In this document: positions 20,276 through 30,846 of the stretch, piece by piece
Layout of the letters: each line of letters starts with the position of its first letter
Position numbering within the stretch: position 1 is the stretch's first letter
From: an uncultured Acidobacteriaceae bacterium
GTDB lineage: Bacteria; Acidobacteriota; Terriglobia; Terriglobales; Acidobacteriaceae
Direction of reading: 5' to 3'
Assembly: GCA_964242875.1 (NCBI GenBank)
Contig: CAXTCB010000002.1
Location: 5,027 to 69,026, forward strand
DNA length: 64,000 nucleotides
Notes under the pieces: model-generated
Told to the model about the DNA's origin: nothing
What the model saw: the letters and a program-made list of their open reading frames with translations, nothing else
Databases searched by the model: none
Program-made: the position numbers and the translations under genes

Positions 20276-21487
20276 CTAGCGGGGGAGGTGGATGCCGGTC
20301 AGAGTGTCGAGCCGCATGATCATGCCCCAACCGTACCGGGTGCGGGACTTGCGATTGTCGCGGACGGACGCGTAGAGCGCGATGGCGATCTCGTTCGAGC
20401 CTTTGTGGAGCGGCAGATCGAAGGAGCCGTTCTCGAGCGAGAGCCGACCGTCGGGGCTGCGGCGTTCGGCGTCGGGGTAGTAGAAGTTTTTGCCCGAGGT
20501 GACGAAGGTGCCGTTCGCGAAGATCCAGGCCTGGCCGATCCAGCCGAGCGAGACATGCGTCGTCTGGTCGCGGTCGGACTGGACCGTAGTGCGGAGCCAG
20601 ACGATGGTGGGCGGGGACTCGTCTGAGGTGAACTGCCGATTGAGATTGATGAGGCCGAAGCGCTCGGCGGAGACGGGCTTCCAGAGCGTGGGATCAGCGG
20701 GCATGGCGGCGATGGCCGGGACGGTTCCAAGTGGAGGAAGAGGCGCAGTGGGAGAGAGCTGCCATTGGCGGAGGTAGCGGGGATCGGTGGCGGAGGGATC
20801 GGGTGTGGGCGCGGGGGAGAGGCCCTCGGTGGCGCCGGGCGTGACGACGAGGTTGGCGAAGGCGGCGGGACCGCGGACCTCGAGGCCGCCCTCGGTGGCG
20901 GTGGACTCGAGCCTGCCTACTTCGAGGATGGGGGTGGGGATGTCGTTGAGGAAGACGTTGAGGCGGCGGCCGGAGACGACGAGCTTGACGTGATTCCAAT
21001 CGTTGACGAAGACGGGCGCGCGACGCTGGTACTGCGGGTAGACGTTCCAGAGCATGAAGCCGTTGATGACGGGCGTGTACTGGATGCAGTCGCTGGAGGC
21101 GCGGCAGTTGGGGAAGGGGCGGATGTAGAACTCTTCCGCGTTTTGTGTGTCGTGCTGGCGGAAGCGAATGCCTGGGATGTCCTGGCCGACGAGGTGGATG
21201 TCGAACTCGATGGTGCCGTCCTCGAAGGAGAGGCCGTTGAGGACGGCTTCACCGGCTTTGACATCCATGACGCCGTTGGGGAAGCCCTCGAGGGAGGGAA
21301 AGGTGAGGGTAGTGGCGGCGTCTTTCGCGTGCCAGCGGGCGGCGCTCATGGGGATGGCAATGGGCGTGTGGGCGGATGCGGCGAGGCAGGCTGGCGGTAG
21401 CGCGGCAAGAAGGAGACCGGCGAAGCTGGCGAAGGACGAATGAAGATCGAGCGAGCGGATGATGAACCGGCCTCCGTGTTCTTCCAA
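20276..21487 (-). CDS. Exported hypothetical protein (beta-sandwich/DUF1080-like N-domain)
   Basis: Signal-like LLLAALPPACLA; FEDGTIEFD and WNHVKLVVSG patterns; coding-like codon bias. Start uncertain. Confidence 0.7.
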   Translation of the reverse strand: MEEHGGRFIIRSLDLHSSFASFAGLLLAALPPACLAASAHTPIAIPMSAARWHAKDAATTLTFPSLEGFPNGVMDVKAGEAVLNGLSFEDGTIEFDIHLVGQDIPGIRFRQHDTQNAEEFYIRPFPNCRASSDCIQYTPVINGFMLWNVYPQYQRRAPVFVNDWNHVKLVVSGRRLNVFLNDIPTPILEVGRLESTATEGGLEVRGPAAFANLVVTPGATEGLSPAPTPDPSATDPRYLRQWQLSPTAPLPPLGTVPAIAAMPADPTLWKPVSAERFGLINLNRQFTSDESPPTIVWLRTTVQSDRDQTTHVSLGWIGQAWIFANGTFVTSGKNFYYPDAERRSPDGRLSLENGSFDLPLHKGSNEIAIALYASVRDNRKSRTRYGWGMIMRLDTLTGIHLPR

Positions 21488-21552
21488 AGAACGGATATGA
21501 GACTGTTGCGGTTACAGATGGTTAGCTTGTGCCGCGAGAGATCAGCGGAGAG

Positions 21553-22113
21553 CTAGAGCTGGCGCAGGACGCGAGCGGGGTTGCCGACGGCGAGGACGTT
21601 TGCGGGCAGGTTGCGGGTGACGACGGCGCCGGCGCCGACGACGGTATTTTCGCCGATGGTGATGCCGGGGCAGACGATGACGCCGCCGCCGAGCCAGACG
21701 TTGTCGGCGATGGTGATGGGGAGGGCGAACTCGAGGCCGGAGCGGCGGATGGCGGGATCGAGCGGATGGCCGGCGGTGTAGAGCTGCACGCGCGGGGCAA
21801 TCTGGACGTCTTCGCCGATGGTGATGCGGTTGCAATCGAGGAAGATGCAGTCGCAGTTGACGAAGGTATTGCGGCCGATGGAGATGTTGGTGCCGTAGTC
21901 GCAGCGCAGGCTGGGCTGGATGGTGACGTTGTCGCCGAGGTGGCCGAGCAGCTCGCCGAGGAGGACGACGCGAGTGGCGCGATCGGCGGGTGACGAGGTG
22001 TTGAAGCGGAGGAGGAGTGACTCTGCGTGGCGGCGTTCGGCGGCGAGATCTGGATCGTTGCCGAAGTAGAGATCGCCGGCAAGCATCTTCTCTTTTTCGG
22101 TGGGTGCGGGCAT
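21553..22113 (-). CDS. maa: Sugar (maltose-type) O-acetyltransferase
   Basis: TEKEKMLAGDLY, CDYGTNI, hexapeptide repeats, GNPAR. Confidence 0.92.
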   Translation of the reverse strand: MPAPTEKEKMLAGDLYFGNDPDLAAERRHAESLLLRFNTSSPADRATRVVLLGELLGHLGDNVTIQPSLRCDYGTNISIGRNTFVNCDCIFLDCNRITIGEDVQIAPRVQLYTAGHPLDPAIRRSGLEFALPITIADNVWLGGGVIVCPGITIGENTVVGAGAVVTRNLPANVLAVGNPARVLRQL

Positions 22114-22231
22114 GGGAGTGAGATGCCCGCAGAGGTGCGTGCGTTTTTGGATTTGAGGCGGTTGCGGAAGGGCGGCTCGTTGGTGGAGACGCCTGCGCTG
22201 CTGCCACAGCGCAGGCGATGAGGTGTGGATG

Positions 22232-23230
<999 letters not shown>

Positions 23231-23284
23231 GGGAGATGAGATGAGCATGATGGGCGATGGGGTTCTTGCGAGAGACGTTGCAGG

Positions 23285-23509
23285 CTAGAGGTGGGCGAGC
23301 TGCCAGAGATCGACGGTGAGGATGTAGAGCGCGGTAAGGGCTCCGACGATCGCGATGAGGCGGTAGGCGAGGGTGAAGTAGAGGTCGCCTTCCTCCGCGA
23401 TGCGATGGCGGTAGAGGAAGTTGGCGACGCGGATGGGGTCCGCTATGATGGCGACGCAGAGCGAGAGGATAAGGACGGCGATGAGGCTTTCGTAGCGCAG
23501 CTGTAGCAT
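23285..23509 (-). CDS. Small membrane hypothetical protein (74 aa, two predicted TM helices)
   Basis: Two hydrophobic segments; C-ending codon bias like neighbouring minus-strand genes. Confidence 0.55.
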   Translation of the reverse strand: MLQLRYESLIAVLILSLCVAIIADPIRVANFLYRHRIAEEGDLYFTLAYRLIAIVGALTALYILTVDLWQLAHL

Positions 23510-23642
23510 GTCTGGCGAGGAGTCTTTCAGGTGAGACCAGGGATGGAGCAAGGATAAACGAAGGTAGCGCGTGGACCATGCGGCGATGTGTTGCGCGGTC
23601 CGCATCTATTGAGGGCAGATCGGTGAGGGAGGGCGAGTGGTC

Positions 23643-24752
23643 ATGATGATGTCACGGCGGATGTTTGCGCAACGGGGTATGCAGGTTGGTGCGATGGGTG
23701 TAGCGGCGGGCGTTCTGCCGCGGGCATGGGGCCTTGGACAGGACCCCGGCAAAAAGATCGGGTATGCGGTGATCGGGCTGGGCGAGATCGCCAAGCACTT
23801 CATTGGCGGCGTGGGGATGAGCCAGCGCACCAAGATTACCGGGCTGGTGACTGGCGACCGGGCGAAGGGGGAGGCGCAGGCGGCGCAGCTGGGGATTCCG
23901 AAGAGCTCGGTGTACAGCTACCAGGACATGGACCGGATGCGGGAGAACAAGGCGATCGACGCGGTGTATGTGGCGCTGCCGAACAGCATGCATGCGGAGT
24001 ACACGATTCGCTCCGCCAAGGCAGGCAAGCATGTGCTGTGCGAGAAGCCGATGGCGGTGAGTGTGGCGGAGTGCCAGCAGATGATCGACGCGTGCAAGGC
24101 GGCGAACGTGAAGCTGATGATCGCGTACCGAATGCAGTATGAGCCGTTGACGCTGGAGGCGATACATCGGCTGCGGAGCGGCGCGATCGGCGACATCCAG
24201 ACGATCGAGGCAGCGGCTGGCTTCAACAGCAGACCAGGGGTGTGGCGGCTGCAGCGGAAGCTGGCGGGTGCCGGATGCCTGATGGACATCGGGATCTATG
24301 CCTTGAATGCGACGCGATACCTGACGGGGGAAGAGCCGGCGGAGTTCAAGGCGTTCCAGACGACGCACAAGGACGATCCGCGGTTTACCGAGGTGGAAGA
24401 ATCGATGTCGTGGACGACGCGATTTCCTTCCGGGATCCTGGCGACGTGCGCGACGACCTATGCCGGACAGATGCCAGGGTTCTTCAAGGTGACGGGGAGC
24501 AAGGGCGTGCTCGAGATGGGACCGGCGTTCTCGTACGAGGGGGTTACGCTGCGGCAGACGGCGGGAGAGAACAAGCCGGTCGAGGAGAAGACAAATCCGG
24601 AGAAGGATCCGACGCAGTTTATGCGGGAGGCAGACGCGCTGGCGCAGAATATTGTCGAGAACACGCCGGTAAAGGCCTCGGGCGAAGAGGGTATGAAGGA
24701 CATTCGGTGTATCTCGCAGATCTACCAGTCGGCCGGTCTGCCGGCGATCTAG
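23643..24752 (+). CDS. Tat-exported Gfo/Idh/MocA oxidoreductase (glucose-fructose oxidoreductase-like)
   Basis: SRRMF twin-Arg signal; YAVIGLG, ALPNSMH, CEKPMA, DIGIY. Confidence 0.92.
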   Translation: MMMSRRMFAQRGMQVGAMGVAAGVLPRAWGLGQDPGKKIGYAVIGLGEIAKHFIGGVGMSQRTKITGLVTGDRAKGEAQAAQLGIPKSSVYSYQDMDRMRENKAIDAVYVALPNSMHAEYTIRSAKAGKHVLCEKPMAVSVAECQQMIDACKAANVKLMIAYRMQYEPLTLEAIHRLRSGAIGDIQTIEAAAGFNSRPGVWRLQRKLAGAGCLMDIGIYALNATRYLTGEEPAEFKAFQTTHKDDPRFTEVEESMSWTTRFPSGILATCATTYAGQMPGFFKVTGSKGVLEMGPAFSYEGVTLRQTAGENKPVEEKTNPEKDPTQFMREADALAQNIVENTPVKASGEEGMKDIRCISQIYQSAGLPAI

Positions 24753-24938
24753 ACGGCCGGGCGGCCTGGCGATCGCGCGGCAGGTGTATGGCCTGCAGCG
24801 GATTGTTGGGAGCATGAACGTGCAGTTTTCCCAGGCAGCAACAGCGAGCGGCGGAGAGCGCACTAATCAAGATGACGGCGGCGCCTGATTGCGAAGGTGA
24901 CAAAGGGCTGCCGAAGATATGACCGAGGAGTTTCTGTT

Positions 24939-25454
24939 ATGGCGGACAAAATGACGACTGTTGAAGAGTTGATGCTTACGGGATTGACCTACGTTCTTGA
25001 CTTCGAGAACAAAGCCTCGCAAGGTGCGCAGAAGATGGCGCAGGCTTCCACTAATCCCGAGCTGAAGGCAGCGTTCGAGAAGACGGTTACCAAGAGCAAG
25101 GAATACGCCCAGAAGATTGAGCAGACGTTCCAGAAGCTTGGCAAGCCGGTGAAGACGGAAGAGAACCACATTGCGGCGGCGATGATCACCGAAGTGGAGC
25201 AGATGGTCTCGAATTCGGACGCGGGTCCGGTGCGGGATGCGGCTTTGATCGTTGCGATCAACCAGCAACAGCACTACCGCATTGGGTCGTATGGATCGCT
25301 CGAGACGTACGCAAAGCTGCTCGGCAAGCAGAACGAAGCCAAGGGCCTGACGGAGAACCTCGACGAGAGCAAGGGCGGCGATGCCAAGTTCACCAAGATT
25401 GCCGAAGAGACCGTAAACCAGGAAGCGCTCCAGGCAAGTATGCAAGCAGCGTAG
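24939..25454 (+). CDS. YciE/YciF (DUF892) ferritin-like stress protein
   Basis: VRDAALIVA..QQHYRIGSYGSL pattern; GAGGAG RBS. Confidence 0.85.
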   Translation: MADKMTTVEELMLTGLTYVLDFENKASQGAQKMAQASTNPELKAAFEKTVTKSKEYAQKIEQTFQKLGKPVKTEENHIAAAMITEVEQMVSNSDAGPVRDAALIVAINQQQHYRIGSYGSLETYAKLLGKQNEAKGLTENLDESKGGDAKFTKIAEETVNQEALQASMQAA

Positions 25455-25477
25455 ATCCTCTGTTTGTTGCAGAGGCG

Positions 25478-25505
25478 AACAGCCGGCCCATAAGGGTCGG
25501 CTGTT
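25478..25505. terminator. Hairpin between convergent yciF-like and S53 genes
   Basis: AACAGCCGGCCC-ATAA-GGGTCGGCTGTT. Confidence 0.65.
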
Positions 25506-25531
25506 TGGCATTTGCGGCGCGGAAGGAGCGG

Positions 25532-27313
25532 TCAGGCGGTGCGAGCTCGTTTCGTGGCCTGTTTTGCGGCCTTGCGGCCGCTGCCGGTTTGGATCGTGCT
25601 GGCGAGTGCGGCGATGACCGCCGTGCCGACAGGGGAGCCGAGGCCGGTGCAGGGGTCCCAGCCGGGGCCGGCTTTGTAGGCGCCGTTGTTGCCGGAGGTG
25701 ATGTCGCGGAAGGCGGCGGGGTTGGTGTAGAGGGTGGGGTTGAGGAAGCCGGCGGAGGATTTGTTTTGCGCGTTGGCAAGGGCGATGAGGCCGGCCCAGA
25801 GAGGGGCGACGGCGCTGGTGCCGCCGATGGCGATGGTCTCTCCGTCGACGCGGATGGTGTAGCCAGTGGTTGGGTCGGCGTTGCCGGCGACATCGGGGAC
25901 GCCGCGGCCTGCGGACGATGGAGTGCTGCCGCTTCCGGTGCCGGAGGTAGGTTTCTTTTTCTTCTTGTTGGCGGAGGCTGCGGGCTCGGGGACGTTGGCG
26001 CTGGCCTGCCAGGCAGGCAAAGGAAAGATTGTGGAGACGCCGCCGCCGGTGGCGCCCTCGTTGGCGGAGAGCTCGTTCCAGACGACTTCGTTCGAAAGCG
26101 TGGTGCCGGAGGCAGTGATTTTCGTGCCACCGCAGGCGAGGACGTGCGGGCTGGAGGCAGGGAAGTCGACGTGGTTCGCGCCGTCGGTAACGCCATCGGT
26201 CGAACCGTTGTCGCCGGCCGCAACGGTGATGGTGACGCCGAGCAGAGCGGCGGCCTGGCAGGCGCTATCGAGCGCGGTGGTGGCCTGCTGGGTCCAGGAG
26301 GATTCGGGGCCGCCCCACGAGATGGAGATCACGCTGGGCTTGTTGGTGGTGTCGTGGACGGCGGTGGTGATGGCGTCGATGAAGCCCTGGTCGGTGTTGG
26401 GCGCAAAGTAGACGGCGATGCCAGCGCCGGGCGCGACGGAGGCGGCAACTTCAATGTCGAGCATGACTTCGCCATCGGCGCCAGCGGCGGTGGATGGAGT
26501 GTTCTTGCCGCCGTCGACCGGGACGGCGACGACCTTGGGAGATTTCTGGCCGAGGGACTTGAAGTAGGCGGAGAGATCGGCGGTGCGATAGCCGCCGCCG
26601 AGCTCGATGAGGCCGATGGTCTGGCCGGCGGCGGTGGCGTTGGCGGGGAACTGGTAGAGCTGGGCGATCCGGGGCGGCGTGAAGGAGCTGCCGGTGGCAG
26701 AGGGATTTGTGCCGCCGCGTGTTACAGACTGCGCGATGCGGAAGTGCGGTCCGGCCTGGGGACGATTATCAAGGCCGAGCACGGCTTCAACCAGGCCTTC
26801 AAGCGCCTGCGGGATGTAGATGGCTCCTTCACGGACGCGGTAGATGGCTTTGCCATGGGATTGTTCGGCGAGGGTGACGCCGAAGGCCTGCTCCAGCTGG
26901 GCGCGGGTCCCGGTGAGCTTGAGGGTGCGGGCGTCGAGCTGCGCGGGCGTGGCTTCGACGGTGAGGCCGAACTGTTTGGCGAAGCTCTTGACGGCTTTGA
27001 CGGCGACGGGGTCGGCTGAGTACTGCGCGCGAAACTGGGCGCGAGAGACGCGAGCGGGGCCGGCAGTCTGGCCGAGCGAGGCGGTGTCGATGGGCTGCTT
27101 ACGGCGGACAAGGACGGAGACGGTGAGTGGGCCGCGGCTGGAGCGCCTGGGCGTGGAGGGCGCGCCGACGGCCTGGAGATCGCCGGGGGGCAGCGGCTGG
27201 CGCTCACTGCCGGGAAGAATGACGCGCGGGTCAGAAGCCGGAGGTGTGGACGGGCGAGACGTCGGCGCGGAGTTTTCGACCGGGGCGGAGGAGGATGGAC
27301 GCTTTATCGCCAT
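25532..27313 (-). CDS. S53 family (kumamolisin/sedolisin) peptidase
   Basis: Prodomain ...VLGLDNRPQ; EVMLDIE, AAGDNG, GRGVPDV, GGTSAVAP, GWDPCTGLG. Start MAIKRP (27313). Confidence 0.95.
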   Translation of the reverse strand: MAIKRPSSSAPVENSAPTSRPSTPPASDPRVILPGSERQPLPPGDLQAVGAPSTPRRSSRGPLTVSVLVRRKQPIDTASLGQTAGPARVSRAQFRAQYSADPVAVKAVKSFAKQFGLTVEATPAQLDARTLKLTGTRAQLEQAFGVTLAEQSHGKAIYRVREGAIYIPQALEGLVEAVLGLDNRPQAGPHFRIAQSVTRGGTNPSATGSSFTPPRIAQLYQFPANATAAGQTIGLIELGGGYRTADLSAYFKSLGQKSPKVVAVPVDGGKNTPSTAAGADGEVMLDIEVAASVAPGAGIAVYFAPNTDQGFIDAITTAVHDTTNKPSVISISWGGPESSWTQQATTALDSACQAAALLGVTITVAAGDNGSTDGVTDGANHVDFPASSPHVLACGGTKITASGTTLSNEVVWNELSANEGATGGGVSTIFPLPAWQASANVPEPAASANKKKKKPTSGTGSGSTPSSAGRGVPDVAGNADPTTGYTIRVDGETIAIGGTSAVAPLWAGLIALANAQNKSSAGFLNPTLYTNPAAFRDITSGNNGAYKAGPGWDPCTGLGSPVGTAVIAALASTIQTGSGRKAAKQATKRARTA

Positions 27314-27551
27314 GAGGAGAGAAGGCCTTTCGTTTGGTTGAGACGCGTGAAGACGGCGCGGATGCGGAGTCTGTGGAGGAAGGCTAGCAGGCGCGGGTGT
27401 GGATTGGACTGCGATCGTCTGCGATCGTTTGCCTGCGGAGCCGGTTTCCGCTGGTGAGAATGGCATGCTGCCGGTGACGCTGGGGTTGGGATAGACTTGG
27501 CGGCACCCTCCGCTGGGTTGCCGGCGGGTCGATCGGCAGAAGGAGCCGCGC

Positions 27552-28403
27552 TTGGCGGAACGGATTGATGCGCACCAGCATCTGTGGCGATTTGTGGCGG
27601 AGGAGTTCGACTGGCTGACGGAGCCGGAGTACACGGCGCTGCGGCGGGACTTTGGGCTGGCGGAGCTGCGGGCGGCGATGAGCGAGGCCGGGGTTGCGGG
27701 GACGGTGGCGGTGCAAGCGCGGCAGACGGTCGAGGAGACGCGATGGCTGCTGGAGCTGGCACGGACGACGCTGCCCGGGGAGGGGCGGCCGCTGCTGCGC
27801 GGGGTGGTGGGATGGGCGCCGCTGGCGGACGAGGCGTTTCCGGCGATGCTCGAGGGCTTGCGGACGGAGCCGATGCTGAAGGGACTGCGGCATGTGGTGC
27901 AGGGGGAGCCGGCGGGGTTTCTGGGCCGAGCAGACTTCAATCGCGGGATCGCGGCGATGATGGGGACGGGGCTGGTCTATGACGTGCTGCTCTTTGAGCG
28001 GCAGATGCTGGAGGCGATCGCGTTTGTGGATCGGCATCCGCGGCAGAGCTTCGTGCTGGACCATGCGGGCAAGCCGCGGATTGCGGAGGGTGCCATGGAG
28101 CCGTGGTCGACGCAGATCCGCGAGCTGGCGCGGCGGGAGAATGTAACCTGCAAGGTTTCAGGTCTGGTGACCGAGGCGGCGTGGGCGACGTGGACAGCCG
28201 AGAGCCTGCGGCCATACCTGGATGTGATGGTGGAGGCGTTCGGTCCGGAGCGGCTGATGGCGGGATCGGACTGGCCGGTGTGCCTGGTGGCGAGCGGCTA
28301 TGGGCAGTGGTGGCGGGTGCTCGAGGAGTATTTTGCCGACTTCAGCGAGGGCGAGCGGGCGGCGGTGTTTGGCGGCGTGGCGACGCGAGTGTACGGGCTG
28401 TGA
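27552..28403 (+). CDS. Amidohydrolase, L-fucono/L-galactono-lactonase-like
   Basis: IDAHQHLW, VAVQA, LDHAGKP, KVSGL, GSDWPV; TTG start after AGGAG. Confidence 0.88.
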   Translation: MAERIDAHQHLWRFVAEEFDWLTEPEYTALRRDFGLAELRAAMSEAGVAGTVAVQARQTVEETRWLLELARTTLPGEGRPLLRGVVGWAPLADEAFPAMLEGLRTEPMLKGLRHVVQGEPAGFLGRADFNRGIAAMMGTGLVYDVLLFERQMLEAIAFVDRHPRQSFVLDHAGKPRIAEGAMEPWSTQIRELARRENVTCKVSGLVTEAAWATWTAESLRPYLDVMVEAFGPERLMAGSDWPVCLVASGYGQWWRVLEEYFADFSEGERAAVFGGVATRVYGL

Positions 28404-28416
28404 GGAGTACGGGGCG

Positions 28417-29421
28417 ATGAAGGCGTTTGCGATCAAGAGTGCCGGGGTTGCGGGTGTGGTGGAGCTGCCGGAGGTGGCTGCGGGCGACGGCGTGCTGCTG
28501 CGCGTGGAGCTGATCGGGATGTGCGGTACGGACCTGACGACGTATCGCGGGCAGAACGCAATGGTGCGCTTTCCGCGGGTGATCGGGCATGAGGTGGCGG
28601 CGACGGTGATGGAGGACGCGGGCGATCTGAAGGCTGGCACGGCGGTGACGGTGCTGCCGTACACGAGCTGCGGCGCGTGCCCGGCGTGCCTGCGCGGACG
28701 GGTGAACGCGTGCCAGATCAACGAGACGATGGGGGTGCAGCGGGATGGGGCGCTGCGGGAGTATCTACGGGTTCCGCGGGAGAAGCTGTACACCGGGGCG
28801 CTGAGCCTGCGGGAGCTGTGCCTGGTGGAGCCGCTGACAGTGGGAGCGCACGCGGCGGCGCGCGGGCGTGTGACGGCGAAGGACGTGGTCGCCGTGTTTG
28901 GCTGTGGCGGCGTAGGGCTGGGGGCGATTGCCGCCGCGGCGTTCTGCGGGGCGGAGGTGATTGCGATCGACCAGGATGACAGGAAGCTGGGTGTGGCTCT
29001 GAGGGCGGGTGCGCGGCATGCGATCCACTCGGCGAGAGAGGATCTGCACGGGAGACTGCAGGCGATGACGGGAGGGCGTGGGCCGGATGTAGTGATCGAG
29101 GCGATCGGGCTGCCGGAGACGTTTCGCGCGGCGGTCGAGGAGGTCGCGTTTACCGGGCGCGTGGTGTACATCGGCTACGCGAAGGAGGAGGTCGCGTATG
29201 AGACGCGGCTGTTTGTGCAGAAGGAGCTGGACATTCTTGGCAGCCGGAATGCGCTGGCGGCGGACTTCGGCGAAGTGATCCGGATGCTGGAGGCGAAGCG
29301 ATTTCCGGTGGATGAGGCGATCAGCGCCGTGGTGGCGATGGAGGACGCGGCACGGATGCTGGGGGAGTGGAGCGCGACACCGGGACGATACACGAAGATT
29401 ATGGTGGCGGTGCACGACTAA
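28417..29421 (+). CDS. Zn-dependent alcohol dehydrogenase (L-galactonate 5-dehydrogenase-like)
   Basis: GMCGTD, GHE, CGACPAC...C, KELDILGSRNA. Confidence 0.85.
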   Translation: MKAFAIKSAGVAGVVELPEVAAGDGVLLRVELIGMCGTDLTTYRGQNAMVRFPRVIGHEVAATVMEDAGDLKAGTAVTVLPYTSCGACPACLRGRVNACQINETMGVQRDGALREYLRVPREKLYTGALSLRELCLVEPLTVGAHAAARGRVTAKDVVAVFGCGGVGLGAIAAAAFCGAEVIAIDQDDRKLGVALRAGARHAIHSAREDLHGRLQAMTGGRGPDVVIEAIGLPETFRAAVEEVAFTGRVVYIGYAKEEVAYETRLFVQKELDILGSRNALAADFGEVIRMLEAKRFPVDEAISAVVAMEDAARMLGEWSATPGRYTKIMVAVHD

Positions 29422-29445
29422 GGTAGAACGCGGGACGGGAGTGGC

Positions 29446-30786
29446 ATGCAGATAAGCAGGGTGGAGACGGCGGCGGCGAGCGAGCAGGAGGCGATGGGCA
29501 AAGCGGTGTTTCCGACCGGCGCGCTGCTGGCGTTCGGGCTGGTGACGGCGATCTTTTTTCTGTGGGGGATGTCGAATAACCTGACCGACATTCTGGTGCA
29601 GCAGTTTAAGAAGTCGTTCGAGCTGACGCTGCTCGAAGCGCAGCTGGTGCAGACTGCAGTGTTCGTGGCGTATGGAACGATGGCGATTCCGGCGGCGCTA
29701 CTGATGCGGCGGTATGGGTATCGTGTGGGACTGCTGACGGGGCTGCTGCTGTTTGGGGCAGGCACGCTGCTGTTCTGGCCGGCGGCGGTGGCGGGGAGGT
29801 ATGCGCCGTTTCTGCTGGCGCTGTTTATTGTCGGGTGCGGGCAATCGATTCTCGAGACGGCGGCGAACCCGCTAATCGCGCAGTTTGGGCCGCCGGAGAC
29901 GTCGGCGCGGCGGCTGAGCTTTGCGCAGAGCTTCAATCCGCCGGGATCGATGGCGGGCGTGCTGTTCGGGACGTGGTTTATCTTTTCGGGGGTTGAGCTG
30001 GCGCCTGACCGGGTGGCCGCGATGCGCGCGGATGGCAGCTACGCGGGCTACCTGCACAGCGAGATCATGCGCGTGGTGCCGGTGTATGTGGGGCTTGGCG
30101 TTGTGCTGGTGCTGGTGGCGGCGCTGATCGCGCGCGTACGGTTTCCGGCGTTTGCGACGGCGGGTTCAAGGGATGATACGACAGAGGATCGCGGGAGCTT
30201 TCGCTCGCTGCTGCGGTATCCGCACCTGTTCTTTGCGGTGGTGGCGCAGTTCTTCTACGTGGGCACGCAGGTGGCGACGTGGAGCACGTTTATCCCGTAC
30301 ATGAAGGCGTATACGACGGTGAGTGAGCGGACGGCGGGCTACTACCTGACGGGAAGCCTGATTGCGCTGGCGGTAGGGCGCGCGGCGTCAACGTGGCTGA
30401 TGCGCTATGTGGCGCCGGCGCGGCTGCTGGTCGGGTACTCGGTGCTGAATGTGGGGCTGCTGGCGTTTGCGGTGATGCAGCCGGGGATGATGGGCGCGTG
30501 GGCGCTGGTGGCGACGAGCTTTTTCATGTCGATCATGTTTCCGACGATCTTCGCGCTGGGCGTGAAGGATCTGGGACCGAGCACAAAGCTGGGTGGGAGC
30601 TTGATCGTAATGGCGATCCTGGGTGGAGCGGTGTTTCCGCCGCTGCTGGGCGTTGTGGTGCACCAGACGGGCAGCATGGCCATGGGATACCTGCTGCCGT
30701 TGCTGGGGTACGTGGTGGTGGCGGCCTATGGAGCATTCGGCGCGAACGTGCCTGCGCGGGCGCTGGCGGAGGCACCCCAGATTTAG
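29446..30786 (+). CDS. fucP: L-fucose:H+ symporter family MFS permease
   Basis: FFLWG, LETAANP, AQSFN, AQFFYVG, MSIMFPTIF. Confidence 0.9.
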   Translation: MQISRVETAAASEQEAMGKAVFPTGALLAFGLVTAIFFLWGMSNNLTDILVQQFKKSFELTLLEAQLVQTAVFVAYGTMAIPAALLMRRYGYRVGLLTGLLLFGAGTLLFWPAAVAGRYAPFLLALFIVGCGQSILETAANPLIAQFGPPETSARRLSFAQSFNPPGSMAGVLFGTWFIFSGVELAPDRVAAMRADGSYAGYLHSEIMRVVPVYVGLGVVLVLVAALIARVRFPAFATAGSRDDTTEDRGSFRSLLRYPHLFFAVVAQFFYVGTQVATWSTFIPYMKAYTTVSERTAGYYLTGSLIALAVGRAASTWLMRYVAPARLLVGYSVLNVGLLAFAVMQPGMMGAWALVATSFFMSIMFPTIFALGVKDLGPSTKLGGSLIVMAILGGAVFPPLLGVVVHQTGSMAMGYLLPLLGYVVVAAYGAFGANVPARALAEAPQI

Positions 30787-30790
30787 GTGG

Positions 30791-30838
30791 AAAAGGCCCG
30801 CTGCGATCTCGATGGTGCGAGAGCGCAGCGGGCCTTCT
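30791..30838. terminator. Likely bidirectional terminator between convergent genes
   Basis: AAGGCCCGCTGCG...CGCAGCGGGCCTT long stem. Confidence 0.75.
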
Positions 30839-30846
30839 CCTTGCAG

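Noticed and set aside
25505-27019. 504-aa Gly-rich plus-strand ORF (likewise 40861-42396, 43184-44977, 58587-59993, 34600-35934)
   Set aside because: Antisense shadows of well-supported genes, expected in GC-rich skewed DNA.
27314-27940. N-terminal extension of the S53 protease to 802 aa; likewise guaB from 9397 and the GNAT from 12483
   Set aside because: The extensions overlap neighbouring genes or promoters and have no domain features; downstream starts fit family N-termini better.
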